IMG/VR virus record: IMGVR_UViG_3300025402_000001
Origin: an uncultured virus (IMG/VR IMGVR_UViG_3300025402_000001)
Lineage: Duplodnaviria; Heunggongvirae; Uroviricota; Caudoviricetes
Direction: 5' to 3' (one strand)
Length of the DNA stretch: 64,000 nt
A program made the position numbers and the translations under genes. The notes beneath the pieces were generated by a model. It made no database searches. It was given only the letters and a program-made list of their open reading frames with translations, and was not told the DNA's origin. Positions 28,819 to 40,052 of the stretch are shown here, in pieces (positions within the stretch are counted from its first letter, which is position 1; every line of letters begins with the position of its first letter).

Positions 28819-30983
28819 TGGCCGCTGATAATCAGCAACAGGATACCACACAGTATACTCAGATTTATTCCTTAGCTGTTCCAGCGGGTATTAAAAGAGA
28901 TGGTACTGTGTTTCAAAACGACCAGTACACCGATGGTGTATGGTGCAGATTTCAACGTGGGGACCCTAAGAAAATTGGTGGCTACCGCACGATATTTAAT
29001 AGTCTAGTTGGCATCTACCGCGGTATGGTCGTGCAGCCATATAACGGCGTTAACTACATCTTCACTGGTAACTACCAAGAGCTCGATATATTTACCACTG
29101 GCCTCTCATTGCCAGATGGCAGTGGCCCATTTACGGCCACAATTCTCCCAGGTACAAGCTACGTTAAGTTATTGTCTAATACCTCTACATCATTTGTAGT
29201 CGCTGGAAATCAGACAACAGTATTTCCAACGGGTACTAAGATCATCTTTTCCCAGACAGGTACACCGACCGTATACACAGTAAGTACCTCTGTATTCTCC
29301 ACACCAAACACTACAGTAAATATATCCACTGGTACCATCATAGGTACCCCGACAACGGTATACATAGATAATGTGCCTGTGTTTACTGGGGACTTAGATT
29401 ATCAATCAGATCCTTCCGTTGGTAACTATCGGGTTACTTGGCAGTTTGACTCTCAGTTCAGCCCATCAGGCAACCAGCTATCCGTGTTTGCTCACCCAGG
29501 TTTAAATTTAACCAATATTGATAATGGTGTGCCAACTCAGGTATTAGTTGGTGGCATAACACCCACATCTGGAAACACCTGGACCTTCTCTGGTCTGTCT
29601 GACAGCGCAGGGTCCGCGCCAACATACAAGCCCATCAGCGTTGATGGTGGTGTATGCGTGCTTTATCCATTTATCTTTGTCTATGGCTCAGCGGGTTACA
29701 TTGCCAATAACAACGTCAGTACAACCTATGGCGACCAGACATTCTATGACTGGAACGGCCCATTAGCCAACCAGGTCAATGTGTCGTCATCCAAGATTGT
29801 TAAGGGTATGCCTATGCGGGGAGGTACTAACGCACCCGCGGGTTTATTCTGGGCAACAGACTCACTTATTCGTGTTACCTTTACAGCAGCAACAGCTCCA
29901 ATTTATTGGAACTATGATATTGTTTCCAGCCAGATCTCAATCATGTCCTCTAACTCCGTTGTGGAGATGGACGGCGTCTTCTACTGGTTAGGTATTGACC
30001 GGTTTTATGCCTACAATGGTCAGGTAACGGTAGTACCAAATGATAAAAATATAAACTACCTATTTAATAACCTAAACTACGAGCAGCGTCAAAAGGTGTG
30101 GGCGACTAAGGTCCCACGCTACAATGAGATCTGGTTCTTTTATCCTAGAGGTACGGCGACGGAGTGCACAGACGCAATCATTTACAACGTAAAAGATAAG
30201 CTATGGTACGACGCTGGGCAAGCAACTGGTGCTCAACGCTCATGTGGGTATACCACTGAGTTGTTTCCTACACCCATCTGGGCCGACTGGAACTATAACA
30301 CAATCTATGGTGCAGCCCAGACCGTTATTGCACACCCAGCTAGTCTAGCCGCACCAACTGCAAGTCAGTTTTATTTATATGGGGACCAGACACCCCAGTT
30401 CAGCCCTGGAGATAATGTAACCTTTACGACAGGCAATAGCTTTAACGCAACCTATCAAATAGTTTCCAGTCAGAACATTTATAATACTACCATTGGAACC
30501 CCGGGCGTTACATTAGTAACATGCAGCACACCGTTCTCAATTACTGTCCTTCCCGGGCAGCAAGTATTTTATGTTACTGGTGGGTTTAATATTTGGCAGC
30601 ATGAGTTTGGTGTTAATGAGATTGCGCTAAATGGCGAGGTTGCGATATACTCCAGCATTACTACCAGCGATATTAGTTGGTTAACTGGTAACCCAAGCCA
30701 AGACGCACTCCAAGGTGTTAATAGACGTATGCACCTACGACGAGTAGAGCCAAACTTCTTACAGACTGGAACGATGGCAATGACCATCCTTGGTCGTAAG
30801 TTTGCCTCTGGTCAGTCTGAGGAAAACTCTGGGCCATATTACTTTAACCAAGAGACAGGTAAGATTGACCTTCGCGTTGAGCATCGCCTAGTAAGGTTAA
30901 AGTTTGAGTCTAATGAGATTGATGGCAACTACGAGATGGGGCGTAACCTCATCACGGCTGAGTTTGGAGATGAACGTCCTTGA
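28818..30983 (+). CDS. tail nozzle/tubular protein B-like
   Basis: 721 aa, YNEIWFFYP..IIYN..WY pattern, position before ejection genes. Confidence 0.7.
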   Translation: MAADNQQQDTTQYTQIYSLAVPAGIKRDGTVFQNDQYTDGVWCRFQRGDPKKIGGYRTIFNSLVGIYRGMVVQPYNGVNYIFTGNYQELDIFTTGLSLPDGSGPFTATILPGTSYVKLLSNTSTSFVVAGNQTTVFPTGTKIIFSQTGTPTVYTVSTSVFSTPNTTVNISTGTIIGTPTTVYIDNVPVFTGDLDYQSDPSVGNYRVTWQFDSQFSPSGNQLSVFAHPGLNLTNIDNGVPTQVLVGGITPTSGNTWTFSGLSDSAGSAPTYKPISVDGGVCVLYPFIFVYGSAGYIANNNVSTTYGDQTFYDWNGPLANQVNVSSSKIVKGMPMRGGTNAPAGLFWATDSLIRVTFTAATAPIYWNYDIVSSQISIMSSNSVVEMDGVFYWLGIDRFYAYNGQVTVVPNDKNINYLFNNLNYEQRQKVWATKVPRYNEIWFFYPRGTATECTDAIIYNVKDKLWYDAGQATGAQRSCGYTTELFPTPIWADWNYNTIYGAAQTVIAHPASLAAPTASQFYLYGDQTPQFSPGDNVTFTTGNSFNATYQIVSSQNIYNTTIGTPGVTLVTCSTPFSITVLPGQQVFYVTGGFNIWQHEFGVNEIALNGEVAIYSSITTSDISWLTGNPSQDALQGVNRRMHLRRVEPNFLQTGTMAMTILGRKFASGQSEENSGPYYFNQETGKIDLRVEHRLVRLKFESNEIDGNYEMGRNLITAEFGDERP

Positions 30984-31252
30984 CCACCCCACTTCTTAAA
31001 AACACCATACAGCAGTACTTCCCGTGTGTGCCAGATTATATGAGCTGGGATGACTTTAATGGTAACCTAGCAATTCACTACGGCCAAGAACCAATGATGT
31101 TTGCCCCCGAAGAAAATTGGCAGTCAGTAGCACAGAATATGTCACAGATGCACGTATTTGCGGCGTACCCAGTGCCTAGCCCAAAAGAGTTTGCCACGTG
31201 GCAGGACTGGGCCAGAGAGTTTACTTTAATCGTCAATGGCCCATCAATTTAG
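30980..31252 (+). CDS. small tail-module protein
   Basis: coupled Trp-rich ORF. Confidence 0.65.
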   Translation: MTTPLLKNTIQQYFPCVPDYMSWDDFNGNLAIHYGQEPMMFAPEENWQSVAQNMSQMHVFAAYPVPSPKEFATWQDWAREFTLIVNGPSI

Positions 31253-31283
31253 GGCGTAAAGTAGCTCTTTTTTGCATTAATAT
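31251..31283 (+). promoter_or_regulatory. phage promoter motif
   Basis: AGGGCGT-N15-TGCATTAATAT. Confidence 0.8.
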
Positions 31284-31319
31284 AGATATAGATATAGATA
31301 TCAACACAAAGGAAATATC

Positions 31320-31469
31320 ATGCACGGACAACAAACAATGAAATACCTGAACGACAAAGCGGTATCTGACGCTATGTTAGCTAAGCATCAAAAAGATCAA
31401 ATTGATCCAGTGTTTGCAAAAGCTGCAGAGGAAGCAATTGCCGCCCGCGTAAAAAATATCACTGAGTAA
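31320..31469 (+). CDS. small hypothetical protein
   Basis: hand-translated 49-aa ORF with AAGGA RBS. Confidence 0.55.
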   Translation: MHGQQTMKYLNDKAVSDAMLAKHQKDQIDPVFAKAAEEAIAARVKNITE

Positions 31470-31892
31470 ATGTCTCATCCTTTAACAGATGCTTCTGGCC
31501 GCATGTCGGAACAGGAAATCTTTAGGCACTCCCCAGAGATAAAGAAATCCGGTGAAGACTGGAAAAAGATGTACGCCCAGGTTCACAAGCTGTTAGATAC
31601 AAACCAAGTACGTGGTATTCGCCACGGAAACTCTTTGTTTTTCTATTTGATTGAAGAGCCAAAAAAGGCACGCATATTTTTTGTTAACGCGGATGTACCA
31701 AAGAATTTCTTACGTAATCTACAAGAGTTTGCTAAGGCGATGCACGCCGCAGGATTTACTTCTGTGTATGGATTTACAGATGATTTACCAACAGTAAGAG
31801 CTATTCAGCATTTAGGGTATAATGCGGTTATTGAAGATACCGGACTGCATCCAGTTCACCATCAGACCTACAAGGTGTCTATAAGTGTCTGA
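31470..31892 (+). CDS. hypothetical protein
   Basis: 140-aa coupled ORF. Confidence 0.65.
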   Translation: MSHPLTDASGRMSEQEIFRHSPEIKKSGEDWKKMYAQVHKLLDTNQVRGIRHGNSLFFYLIEEPKKARIFFVNADVPKNFLRNLQEFAKAMHAAGFTSVYGFTDDLPTVRAIQHLGYNAVIEDTGLHPVHHQTYKVSISV

Positions 31893-34800
31893 TCCAGGGA
31901 AAGAATTATCAAACTTTGGTACTTCAATTACTCAATCTGCACAAGGAATTGTGTCTGATGTTGGGTCATTTTCTGCGTCGGTAGGCTCATCATTTAAGCA
32001 GATTACCAATAAGCCTCTTCCACTTATTGAGGCCATAGCATTAACGTATATGTTGGGGCCTTCGGGTTTGGCACTTGCTGATACAGCCGGAGCGGCAATT
32101 ATTGCGTCCGCAGCGGTAAGCGCGGCAAATGGTGGCAACATACAACAAATTGCGTTGTCTGCTGCATCAGCATACGCAGCAGCAAACGCCGGTAATATGG
32201 CAGGTAATTTAGCCGCCAGCACCGCAATGGATTATGGATTTAGTGGAACCACAGCCTCGGTACTAAAAACAATTGTTACGAGTGCCTCAGCACCCGCCGC
32301 AGCTGCAGCGCTTAGTGGGAAGTCACTAGACCAAATATTAATAAGCGGCGCCGCAGGTGCTGTGTCTGGCGCGGTCCAGTCTCAATTAGCAACACTTAAG
32401 AACTCCGATGGTAGCGCCATGTTTGATAAGGGAAGCCTTAGCTCAACATTAGTTGCTACCGCCTCCAACGCGGCGGCAAAGGCAATATTAGGTGGAAAAA
32501 GCATTGGTGATGCTATTGCCCAGTCTAGTGTATTATCAGCAACAAGCTGGGGCATCAACCAGGCCTCCGCGGCAATCAAGGACACCTTTAACCAGTTAAC
32601 CACAAAGTCAACTGCCTTAACAGATGCCGTCTCCCAAGCTAATACTTTACAGACAACAGCAACAAACTATTACAACCAGACACTTAGTCCACTTGAGGCA
32701 ACAGCCCAGCAAGAGTTTGATAGCCTAAACACTATCGCTGGACAGTTTACCACGGAGAAGGCACAGTACGATAGTCAGTTTGCTACCGGGTACACACCAG
32801 CGTTAAACGCCTATGATAGCGCAAAAGCAAACTGGACCTCAGGATTAAACTGGTTGGCAAGTCAGCCTGGATATAACTATTCATCCGCGTCATGGTATTT
32901 TAATAATTCAACATCCGGGTATACATACAACCGTTGGATAGCCCCCTGGATTGCTGCAGGAAATAACTTAACCACACAGTACAATTTATTACTGCCAACG
33001 GTTGATGCTTTAAATAAAAGTGCTGCCCAGTATAATAGCGGGGTTGATGTATTTGGCAAAACAATGACGCAGTTGTCAGATGTAAAAACAACTTACCAAG
33101 GCTATGTGGATCAAGTAACCACTGCGGCAGATACGGCAAAATCCCTATCTACCGATGTGAATAATTTAACAACCCAGCTTGGCCAACAAACAGCAGAACT
33201 TAATGCAAATGAAGCAACGGCTGTTAACGAGTTAGTTAAAAACGCGGCAGACTTAGCAGTAAACCAAATTATTGACCAGACCAATGTTAATAAACTGGTG
33301 TCCCCAGAGGCTATTGCACAATACAATGAAGATACCGCCAATGGTGTGAGCCGTGTTGATGCCTTTGCTAACGCACAAAATACAGATATTACTGTGCGCG
33401 TTGGCGATATGCCAGAGTCAGTACAGCAGGCATTTAATTCACTTGTTCAGTCAGGTGATACACCATCTGCTGCGGTGGCAATTGCCGACCAAGTTAATAA
33501 AATGCCGACAGTGGCCCAAGACGCATTTAATAACGCACTACAAGATGGTATTAGTAGCACACAAGCACTATCAGATGCCCAGACAGTGGCGGCGTTAACA
33601 CCAGCGCAGCAAGCACTATACAGTACCGCATACGGGCAAAATAACAGCGTCAGTACAGCAATTAGCAACGTACAGGAATACGCCACATTAGATTCTCAGC
33701 AGCAGCATATATTTAATGCTGCATTGAATCAAGGAACCGCCGTAAGTGGCTCTTTGGAAAATGCTCAAAATTTTGCAGCATTAGATAAAACACAGCAAGA
33801 CATTGTTACGTCATCCATGGTGCAGGGTGGTACCGTTGCTAATGCCTTTACTGATGTGCAGAACTACAATAAGATGTCGCCAAACGAGCAGTCAGTATTT
33901 GATGCGGCAACTAAAGAGGGACTAACTGTAAATCAGTCCTTTACTAATACTTCTGATTTTACAGGATTAAACTCCACTCAGCAAGAGGTATTTAGTAAAG
34001 CATTGACGGCTGGTGTAAATACCACCGACGCATTATCTGCAGCACCTACTATCGCTGGAGAGTCAAGTATCTCCCAAGAAACTTACTTTAAGTCTTTAGC
34101 CCAAGGTGTTAGTAACACTGAAGCATTGAGTACATCAGCCTCAGTAAATGAAATGGCAGCTAAGGACCAGACCCTATTTAGTCAGGTTGTTAGCTCTGGT
34201 GTAGATATAAGAGATGCACTGACAACAACGCCTACGCTATCAAGTCAGTCTGATATTGCGCAGAAGGCGTACTTTAACTCGTTGTCCGAAGGGCAAAATA
34301 ACTCATCGGCGTTAAACACATCATCATCAGTAAATGCGATGAGTGACAGCCAGCAGAGTATGTTTAGCAAGATATCAAATACTGGTGTATCTACATCTGA
34401 CGCATTGGTTGCGGCACCAACCATTAATAGCTCTTCTGATATAGCAAAATCTGCATACTTTGACTCGTTGAAATCTGGAACAGATAGTAATGCTGCTGTA
34501 GCAGCTCTTCATACAGATGAGACAATTAATAAATTTAGTACTACAGCACAGGCTGCATTTAGTAAGGCATATCAAGAAAATCCAGATTTAAACGCAGCAG
34601 TGGCTTCTGCTTCATCTGTAAACTCAATGACTACCTCACAACAAGAAATGTTTAGTAAGGTACTTGATACAGGTCTTACAACTAGAGAAGCCCTGACAAG
34701 TGCTCCAGTTTTAACTTCTGCTTCTGATATTGCACAAAATTCATTTTTTAACTCTTTGACTGAGGGTAAAAATAGCGTGGCTGCATTAAATACAGCCTCT

Positions 34801-37299
34801 GGAGTAAACAGTCTAAGTACATTAAATCAAGATTATTACCAATCGGGTACAAATCTTGGATTAGATACTGCTAGTGCTTTAGCGTACGCACCAAAGATTT
34901 CAGCATTGAGTACTACAGCACAACAAACATTCTACAGTGATGCAAAAAATGGTGTTGGACTAGACGCAGCATTTACAAGTGCCTCACAGATTAATAATCT
35001 TACCCAGTCACAACAGGCGTCATACGAGAACGCGATTAGTAAAGGGCTGGATACCACACAAGCACTAACCGTTGCAAACAATGCTAGTATGTTAAATCTA
35101 AATGCTCAAAACGGATACATTGAGCAGGTTAGATCTAATGTTCCGACTACTACAGCAGATGTACTGTCAACTACTTTAGGTCAAATATTTGGTACAAGTA
35201 CTGCTCCAACAAATATTAATACCCCAAGTACTTTGACAGACCCTGCGGCTATTGCGTACTATAACTCGCAGATGGTTAAACCTGGTGCGGACCCAGTTTC
35301 TGTCGCTGCAACAGCTGCAAATGTACAGGCGTATAATGCCTTAGATCCTGTTAGTAAGCAAAATTACGAATCTTTAGCTGCAACAAAAGGGTTTACTCCT
35401 CAAACAGCCATGGCGGAAACGCAGTCTGTAATCAATGAGTTTAACTCACAACAAGAAGCCAATGCAATAGCCGCTGGAAAAACAAGCTACGTTGATAACA
35501 CTGGTAAGTTAAATATTCTTGTTACAGGAACTAATTATACCCCAACACAAGCTCCAGATATTAGTAAGGCAAGTCCTGGGCTACTAAATACACTAAAGCA
35601 ATTTGCTGGGGTGTATGGTTTTGGTGATGCAGACCCAAATGCAATGTTGGGTAACATTTGGGGAACCGGTTCAACTGGAAATGTTAGTGCCCCAGCTTTA
35701 TGGGCCGGTGGTACTGCAGATCAGCAATTAGCTGCTTTAAAGGCACTCCAAGTTAACTACCCTGAATTATCTGCATCTGATAAAGCTATTGTTAACCAAA
35801 TTGCAGCTAAAGTAGCAGCGGCTCCAGTGACAACTAAACCAGTTATTGGTCCTGCCGGAGGTGGTGGTAACGCTGGAGCTGGGGCAACAGGAGAGTCGGG
35901 ATCACCTGGAGCACCTAGTACTGGTGGTTCTACAACCACTGGCGGAGCTACAACACCTTCAGCCACCCCATCCAGCCCATCAGATATTATGACGGTGTAT
36001 CAAAACTTATTAAATAGTTTTTATACAGGTAATGGTGGATCCGGAACAACAGCTCCGGTTTTATCTGGAACATCTACGGGGACCAGTTCGGTTACCTCGG
36101 CGGTTCCTGTTGGTCAAACAACAGATAGTAAAGGAAATATCACCACGTCATTTAGTGATGGGTCTTCCAAAACAGTTAGCAGTACAGGATCTTTAATAAA
36201 CTCGACAGCAGCTGGAACGGGCTCTAAGATTAGCAGCACAGCAACTGGAACCGGTAGCGGAACAACAGGAACAGGCGCAGGAGCGACAGGCACTGGAACT
36301 GGTACCACAGGAACAGGCACTGGAACTGGCACGGGATCTGGTAGTGGTTCAGGCACTGGAACAGGTACTGGGACCGGCACAGGATACAGTGCCTCGTCAT
36401 ATGGTTTTACTGCACCACAGTTACAATCCGGAACGGGCTCATTAACCAACCTAGTAGGAACACTGGGTGGTGGTAAACAAGCCACATTGGTTGGCCTTCC
36501 AACAACACAAGAGACAGTAGCACCAGAGACAAATATGGTATACACACCAAACACAGGAGCAGGATCAATGCCAGCAATTATGCCACAACAATTCGCATCG
36601 GGGGGAAGTACCTCAGCCTCAGATTTAACTGGCGGGACATACAACCCCATTGGTCAAACCAGCACTGGGATAGATCATCTAACACCTGCCATTGCTGCGG
36701 CACATAAGGCACAGCTTTTAGGGATGCCCACAATTACCGAGACTGCGTCACCGTTGTTTGCCACTCAGTACAGCCAGTCCCCTATACAGTCCCTTTCTGA
36801 GACGGTAAACCCTGCCAAAATGGCTGAGGGCGGTGGGTTGCCATCACCAACATATAACTACAACCAGACAGGGTTTCCGCACATGAACCCATCCATTGTT
36901 AAGGCAAAGGGCCCCGTTGGTTTAATGGGTCTACCAGGCCACGCATACGGAGATTTAAGTGGTCGATTAGTGGGCATGCCCCCAGGTCACTCCGAGGGTG
37001 GCGAGATTGAAGGCCACAACCCAGAATTTTATTCAGAGGGCGGACTACAGCACTTTGTTCAAGGTGGCGGTACCGGCACATCTGATTCAGTACCAGCGAT
37101 GTTGGCAAATGGTGAGTTTGTGATCCCTGCCGATGTGGTATCCGGTTTAGGCAACGGTAGTAACGATAGTGGTGCTCAAATTTTAGACCAATTCTTAAAA
37201 GCAATTCGCGCACATAAGCAAAGCAATAAACCCGAAGATTTACCACCAGACTCAAAAGGCCCATTGGGCTATCTCTTAGAAGCAAAAAGGAAAGCATAA
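31885..37299 (+). CDS. giant internal virion/ejection protein
   Basis: 1804 aa; ~60-aa helical repeats, TG low-complexity linker, C-terminal GTGTSDSVPAMLANGEFV module. Confidence 0.7.
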   Translation: MSDPGKELSNFGTSITQSAQGIVSDVGSFSASVGSSFKQITNKPLPLIEAIALTYMLGPSGLALADTAGAAIIASAAVSAANGGNIQQIALSAASAYAAANAGNMAGNLAASTAMDYGFSGTTASVLKTIVTSASAPAAAAALSGKSLDQILISGAAGAVSGAVQSQLATLKNSDGSAMFDKGSLSSTLVATASNAAAKAILGGKSIGDAIAQSSVLSATSWGINQASAAIKDTFNQLTTKSTALTDAVSQANTLQTTATNYYNQTLSPLEATAQQEFDSLNTIAGQFTTEKAQYDSQFATGYTPALNAYDSAKANWTSGLNWLASQPGYNYSSASWYFNNSTSGYTYNRWIAPWIAAGNNLTTQYNLLLPTVDALNKSAAQYNSGVDVFGKTMTQLSDVKTTYQGYVDQVTTAADTAKSLSTDVNNLTTQLGQQTAELNANEATAVNELVKNAADLAVNQIIDQTNVNKLVSPEAIAQYNEDTANGVSRVDAFANAQNTDITVRVGDMPESVQQAFNSLVQSGDTPSAAVAIADQVNKMPTVAQDAFNNALQDGISSTQALSDAQTVAALTPAQQALYSTAYGQNNSVSTAISNVQEYATLDSQQQHIFNAALNQGTAVSGSLENAQNFAALDKTQQDIVTSSMVQGGTVANAFTDVQNYNKMSPNEQSVFDAATKEGLTVNQSFTNTSDFTGLNSTQQEVFSKALTAGVNTTDALSAAPTIAGESSISQETYFKSLAQGVSNTEALSTSASVNEMAAKDQTLFSQVVSSGVDIRDALTTTPTLSSQSDIAQKAYFNSLSEGQNNSSALNTSSSVNAMSDSQQSMFSKISNTGVSTSDALVAAPTINSSSDIAKSAYFDSLKSGTDSNAAVAALHTDETINKFSTTAQAAFSKAYQENPDLNAAVASASSVNSMTTSQQEMFSKVLDTGLTTREALTSAPVLTSASDIAQNSFFNSLTEGKNSVAALNTASGVNSLSTLNQDYYQSGTNLGLDTASALAYAPKISALSTTAQQTFYSDAKNGVGLDAAFTSASQINNLTQSQQASYENAISKGLDTTQALTVANNASMLNLNAQNGYIEQVRSNVPTTTADVLSTTLGQIFGTSTAPTNINTPSTLTDPAAIAYYNSQMVKPGADPVSVAATAANVQAYNALDPVSKQNYESLAATKGFTPQTAMAETQSVINEFNSQQEANAIAAGKTSYVDNTGKLNILVTGTNYTPTQAPDISKASPGLLNTLKQFAGVYGFGDADPNAMLGNIWGTGSTGNVSAPALWAGGTADQQLAALKALQVNYPELSASDKAIVNQIAAKVAAAPVTTKPVIGPAGGGGNAGAGATGESGSPGAPSTGGSTTTGGATTPSATPSSPSDIMTVYQNLLNSFYTGNGGSGTTAPVLSGTSTGTSSVTSAVPVGQTTDSKGNITTSFSDGSSKTVSSTGSLINSTAAGTGSKISSTATGTGSGTTGTGAGATGTGTGTTGTGTGTGTGSGSGSGTGTGTGTGTGYSASSYGFTAPQLQSGTGSLTNLVGTLGGGKQATLVGLPTTQETVAPETNMVYTPNTGAGSMPAIMPQQFASGGSTSASDLTGGTYNPIGQTSTGIDHLTPAIAAAHKAQLLGMPTITETASPLFATQYSQSPIQSLSETVNPAKMAEGGGLPSPTYNYNQTGFPHMNPSIVKAKGPVGLMGLPGHAYGDLSGRLVGMPPGHSEGGEIEGHNPEFYSEGGLQHFVQGGGTGTSDSVPAMLANGEFVIPADVVSGLGNGSNDSGAQILDQFLKAIRAHKQSNKPEDLPPDSKGPLGYLLEAKRKA

Positions 37300-38198
37300 T
37301 GGCAAGCACAGGACTCAGTGGATTAATCTCCAACACAGGTGTACAGACAACGGCAATGCCGTCTTGGTATGACACAGCACAACAGAACGTTGTTAGTCAA
37401 GCACAAGCAGCTAACGCTGGTGCACCGACGCCACAGCAGACCGTTGGGCAGAACGCTGTTAATGCACTATCTGGACCAACCAACGCCTTCACACAGGCCG
37501 GTGGCACACTGCAGAGCATTGCCAGTGGTGCGGCTAATCCATGGAACACAGATGCCTCCGGTAATGTAACACCAAATACAAACACTGCACTAGGTGGATT
37601 ATTTCAGGCACAGAACCAACAACTGAACCAACTAATGCCAACCACAACGGCACCGGTTGAGGCCGGTAACATTGGCTCTGGCAACTTTGGTGGCTTACGT
37701 GGTCAGACAGCGGTTGATACCTCTAAGGCAAACGCCTTGGCAACACTGAATACAGCACAGAACCAAGCCGCGTTACAGAACCAAGCAACCGGTGTAAATG
37801 CTGGTGCTGCAGCTGGTAACGTTGGTCAACAAAATATTAACAATCTATTGACAACCGGTCAGTACCAGCAGGCATCACCTTACGTTAACGCAACAAACCT
37901 AGGTAATGTCTTGTCCTCAGTAACCCCAGGTCAGACAGTCTCTAACTCAACTAACTTATCTCCTGTTAACCAAATTGGTGGTTTGATTAGTGCCTTAGGT
38001 GGTGGTGCAAACACAGGAATACTTAACCAATTATTTGGTGCTGGATCTGCTGCTGTTCCAGGTGTTGGGACAACCCCAGGTACTGCTGCTGTACAACCAG
38101 GTTTACTAAATCAATTGTGGTCTTGGGCTAATTCGCCAAGTACTCCCGCTGTTGATCCAAATACAACATACGACGCTACAAACGGAACTATCCCTTAA
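37299..38198 (+). CDS. DNA ejection (pilot-like) protein
   Basis: Gln/Gly/Ala-rich, GNFGGLR motif, position. Confidence 0.6.
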   Translation: MASTGLSGLISNTGVQTTAMPSWYDTAQQNVVSQAQAANAGAPTPQQTVGQNAVNALSGPTNAFTQAGGTLQSIASGAANPWNTDASGNVTPNTNTALGGLFQAQNQQLNQLMPTTTAPVEAGNIGSGNFGGLRGQTAVDTSKANALATLNTAQNQAALQNQATGVNAGAAAGNVGQQNINNLLTTGQYQQASPYVNATNLGNVLSSVTPGQTVSNSTNLSPVNQIGGLISALGGGANTGILNQLFGAGSAAVPGVGTTPGTAAVQPGLLNQLWSWANSPSTPAVDPNTTYDATNGTIP

Positions 38199-38207
38199 GG
38201 AATCATT

Positions 38208-40052
38208 ATGGCACTACCAGATAGCGATACATCAGTACAGTCCGGATTAGACGCAGTTGCACCGGAAGCTGCGGCGGTACCCTATGGCAAGGCCCCTGCA
38301 GCCCGCGGACCATATGCTCTACCAACAGCACAAGGTGCTATTGGTGTGGACCCAGAGCTCTTGGCCAACATGCAAAAACTTATTGATGAAAAGCAAGCCC
38401 AGAAGGGTAGCTTCATGGAGAACATGAAGGACGCGCAGGCCTGGTGGTCTGGTGGCGTCGCTGGGCCATCTGAAGGTTTACGTAATCGTGAAATAGATAA
38501 ATCCCGTCAGGAGCAAGAGCTCTTTGGTATGCGTAGCCAGTTATCACAGGCTAAAATTGGAATGGCTCAAACCAAGGCACTTCAAGAAAGTTTATTTGGT
38601 AGCCCCACCAATGCAAGTACTACAAACACATTGCCCCCATCACACATTACCGCAGGCGCACCCACCTCTGGATCATCCATGGTCCAACAGGGAGGTATGC
38701 TTGGATTGGTAGAAGATCCAGCCCTTCGTCAAAGTATTGGCAATCAGGCATTAAGAGATCCCGTTGGGGCCCAAAAAGCTATTCAAGAATATTTAGCTAA
38801 GAACGCCAACAAGACGGATATGATCAAGGACGTACAATACATGGTACAGCACGGTCTAGTTGATCCTAAACTCATCCCAGCTGCAGTATTGACTAAGTTC
38901 GTTGGCCCTGGCGCCTTTGTTCCACATGATGTTCGCGGCACCGCTGGTACTGGACAGGCCACACCATTTGGTACAGCAACTGGTGTTGCTGGCGGTGCGC
39001 CTGTAGGAGCTCCTATGGCTCCTACAGCAGCTCCGGCGGCTGCTCAAATACCTATGCCTTTGGCAGCCCCTGCAGCCCCTGTAGCGGGACCACAAGCAAT
39101 ACCCGCAATTAGGCCACCAGCACCGCCTCAAATAACAAGACCCCCCGCTCCTGTAGCTCCTGTAGCTCCTATTGCCCCTGTACCTCAAGCTCCTGCTCCT
39201 GTAGCTCCTGCTCCAGCTGCACCACAACGGGTTGTTTCTCCGTTTGCTCCCGGCACTAAGGAAGACCTTGAGTTTAAATCTAAGAGCGCAGAGGTACCTA
39301 TTGCTGGTGCTACGTCTCAGGCCACTGAGTCTGGTAAACTGTACGCCGCGGGTGAAAACACACTACGTACACAGGGTATGTCCGCTGGTACACGTCAGGT
39401 TACTCAAGACGCCACAATGCGGTTATTAGATGACCCTGAGGTTAAAAATATGGTTGGCAAGTACCAAACAGGCTCTAAGGCAGATGCTTTTGTTCGCCAG
39501 ATGCAGGCCGGTATCGAGGCCGGTAACTTTGGTTCCATTGGTCTTAAGGAGCTACAAGAGAATTTAGCTAAGTCCGGTGCAAGCCCTGAAGCAATCCGTA
39601 AGTTTGCTCAATTAGAGAGCTTTATGAAACAGAACGAGCTTGAGTGGTCCACAAACTACCTTAAAGGTCAGGGCGCTGTTTCGGATAACGAGCGTGGTTT
39701 GGTGCAAAAAGCTGTTGGCTCTGTTAATGACCCAATTGGTAAACTAAAAACACTAACCGCTACATTACGTGAGCGTGCATTATTTGACGCCGAGGTTTAT
39801 AATGCGTACAAGAAAAATAAAGGTATGAACTTTGGTGATTTCTTGGATAGCGATCAGTTTCAAGCATTAAATGATAAGCACAATAACCGCTTGGCAAATA
39901 TATTAAGCATGAACCCAGCGGATTTAAAGTCCAATGAAGGCTTTAAGATTCAAGCTGGTGTAGCAACACCTTCTGCATCAGGCTCTAGTTGGGATGCAGC
40001 AAAAGAAAAAAGATACCAAGACTTTAAAGCATCACAAACAAAGGCTAAATAA
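38208..40052 (+). CDS. DNA ejection protein
   Basis: 614 aa, Pro/Ala linker, KGQGAVSDNER motif. Confidence 0.6.
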   Translation: MALPDSDTSVQSGLDAVAPEAAAVPYGKAPAARGPYALPTAQGAIGVDPELLANMQKLIDEKQAQKGSFMENMKDAQAWWSGGVAGPSEGLRNREIDKSRQEQELFGMRSQLSQAKIGMAQTKALQESLFGSPTNASTTNTLPPSHITAGAPTSGSSMVQQGGMLGLVEDPALRQSIGNQALRDPVGAQKAIQEYLAKNANKTDMIKDVQYMVQHGLVDPKLIPAAVLTKFVGPGAFVPHDVRGTAGTGQATPFGTATGVAGGAPVGAPMAPTAAPAAAQIPMPLAAPAAPVAGPQAIPAIRPPAPPQITRPPAPVAPVAPIAPVPQAPAPVAPAPAAPQRVVSPFAPGTKEDLEFKSKSAEVPIAGATSQATESGKLYAAGENTLRTQGMSAGTRQVTQDATMRLLDDPEVKNMVGKYQTGSKADAFVRQMQAGIEAGNFGSIGLKELQENLAKSGASPEAIRKFAQLESFMKQNELEWSTNYLKGQGAVSDNERGLVQKAVGSVNDPIGKLKTLTATLRERALFDAEVYNAYKKNKGMNFGDFLDSDQFQALNDKHNNRLANILSMNPADLKSNEGFKIQAGVATPSASGSSWDAAKEKRYQDFKASQTKAK

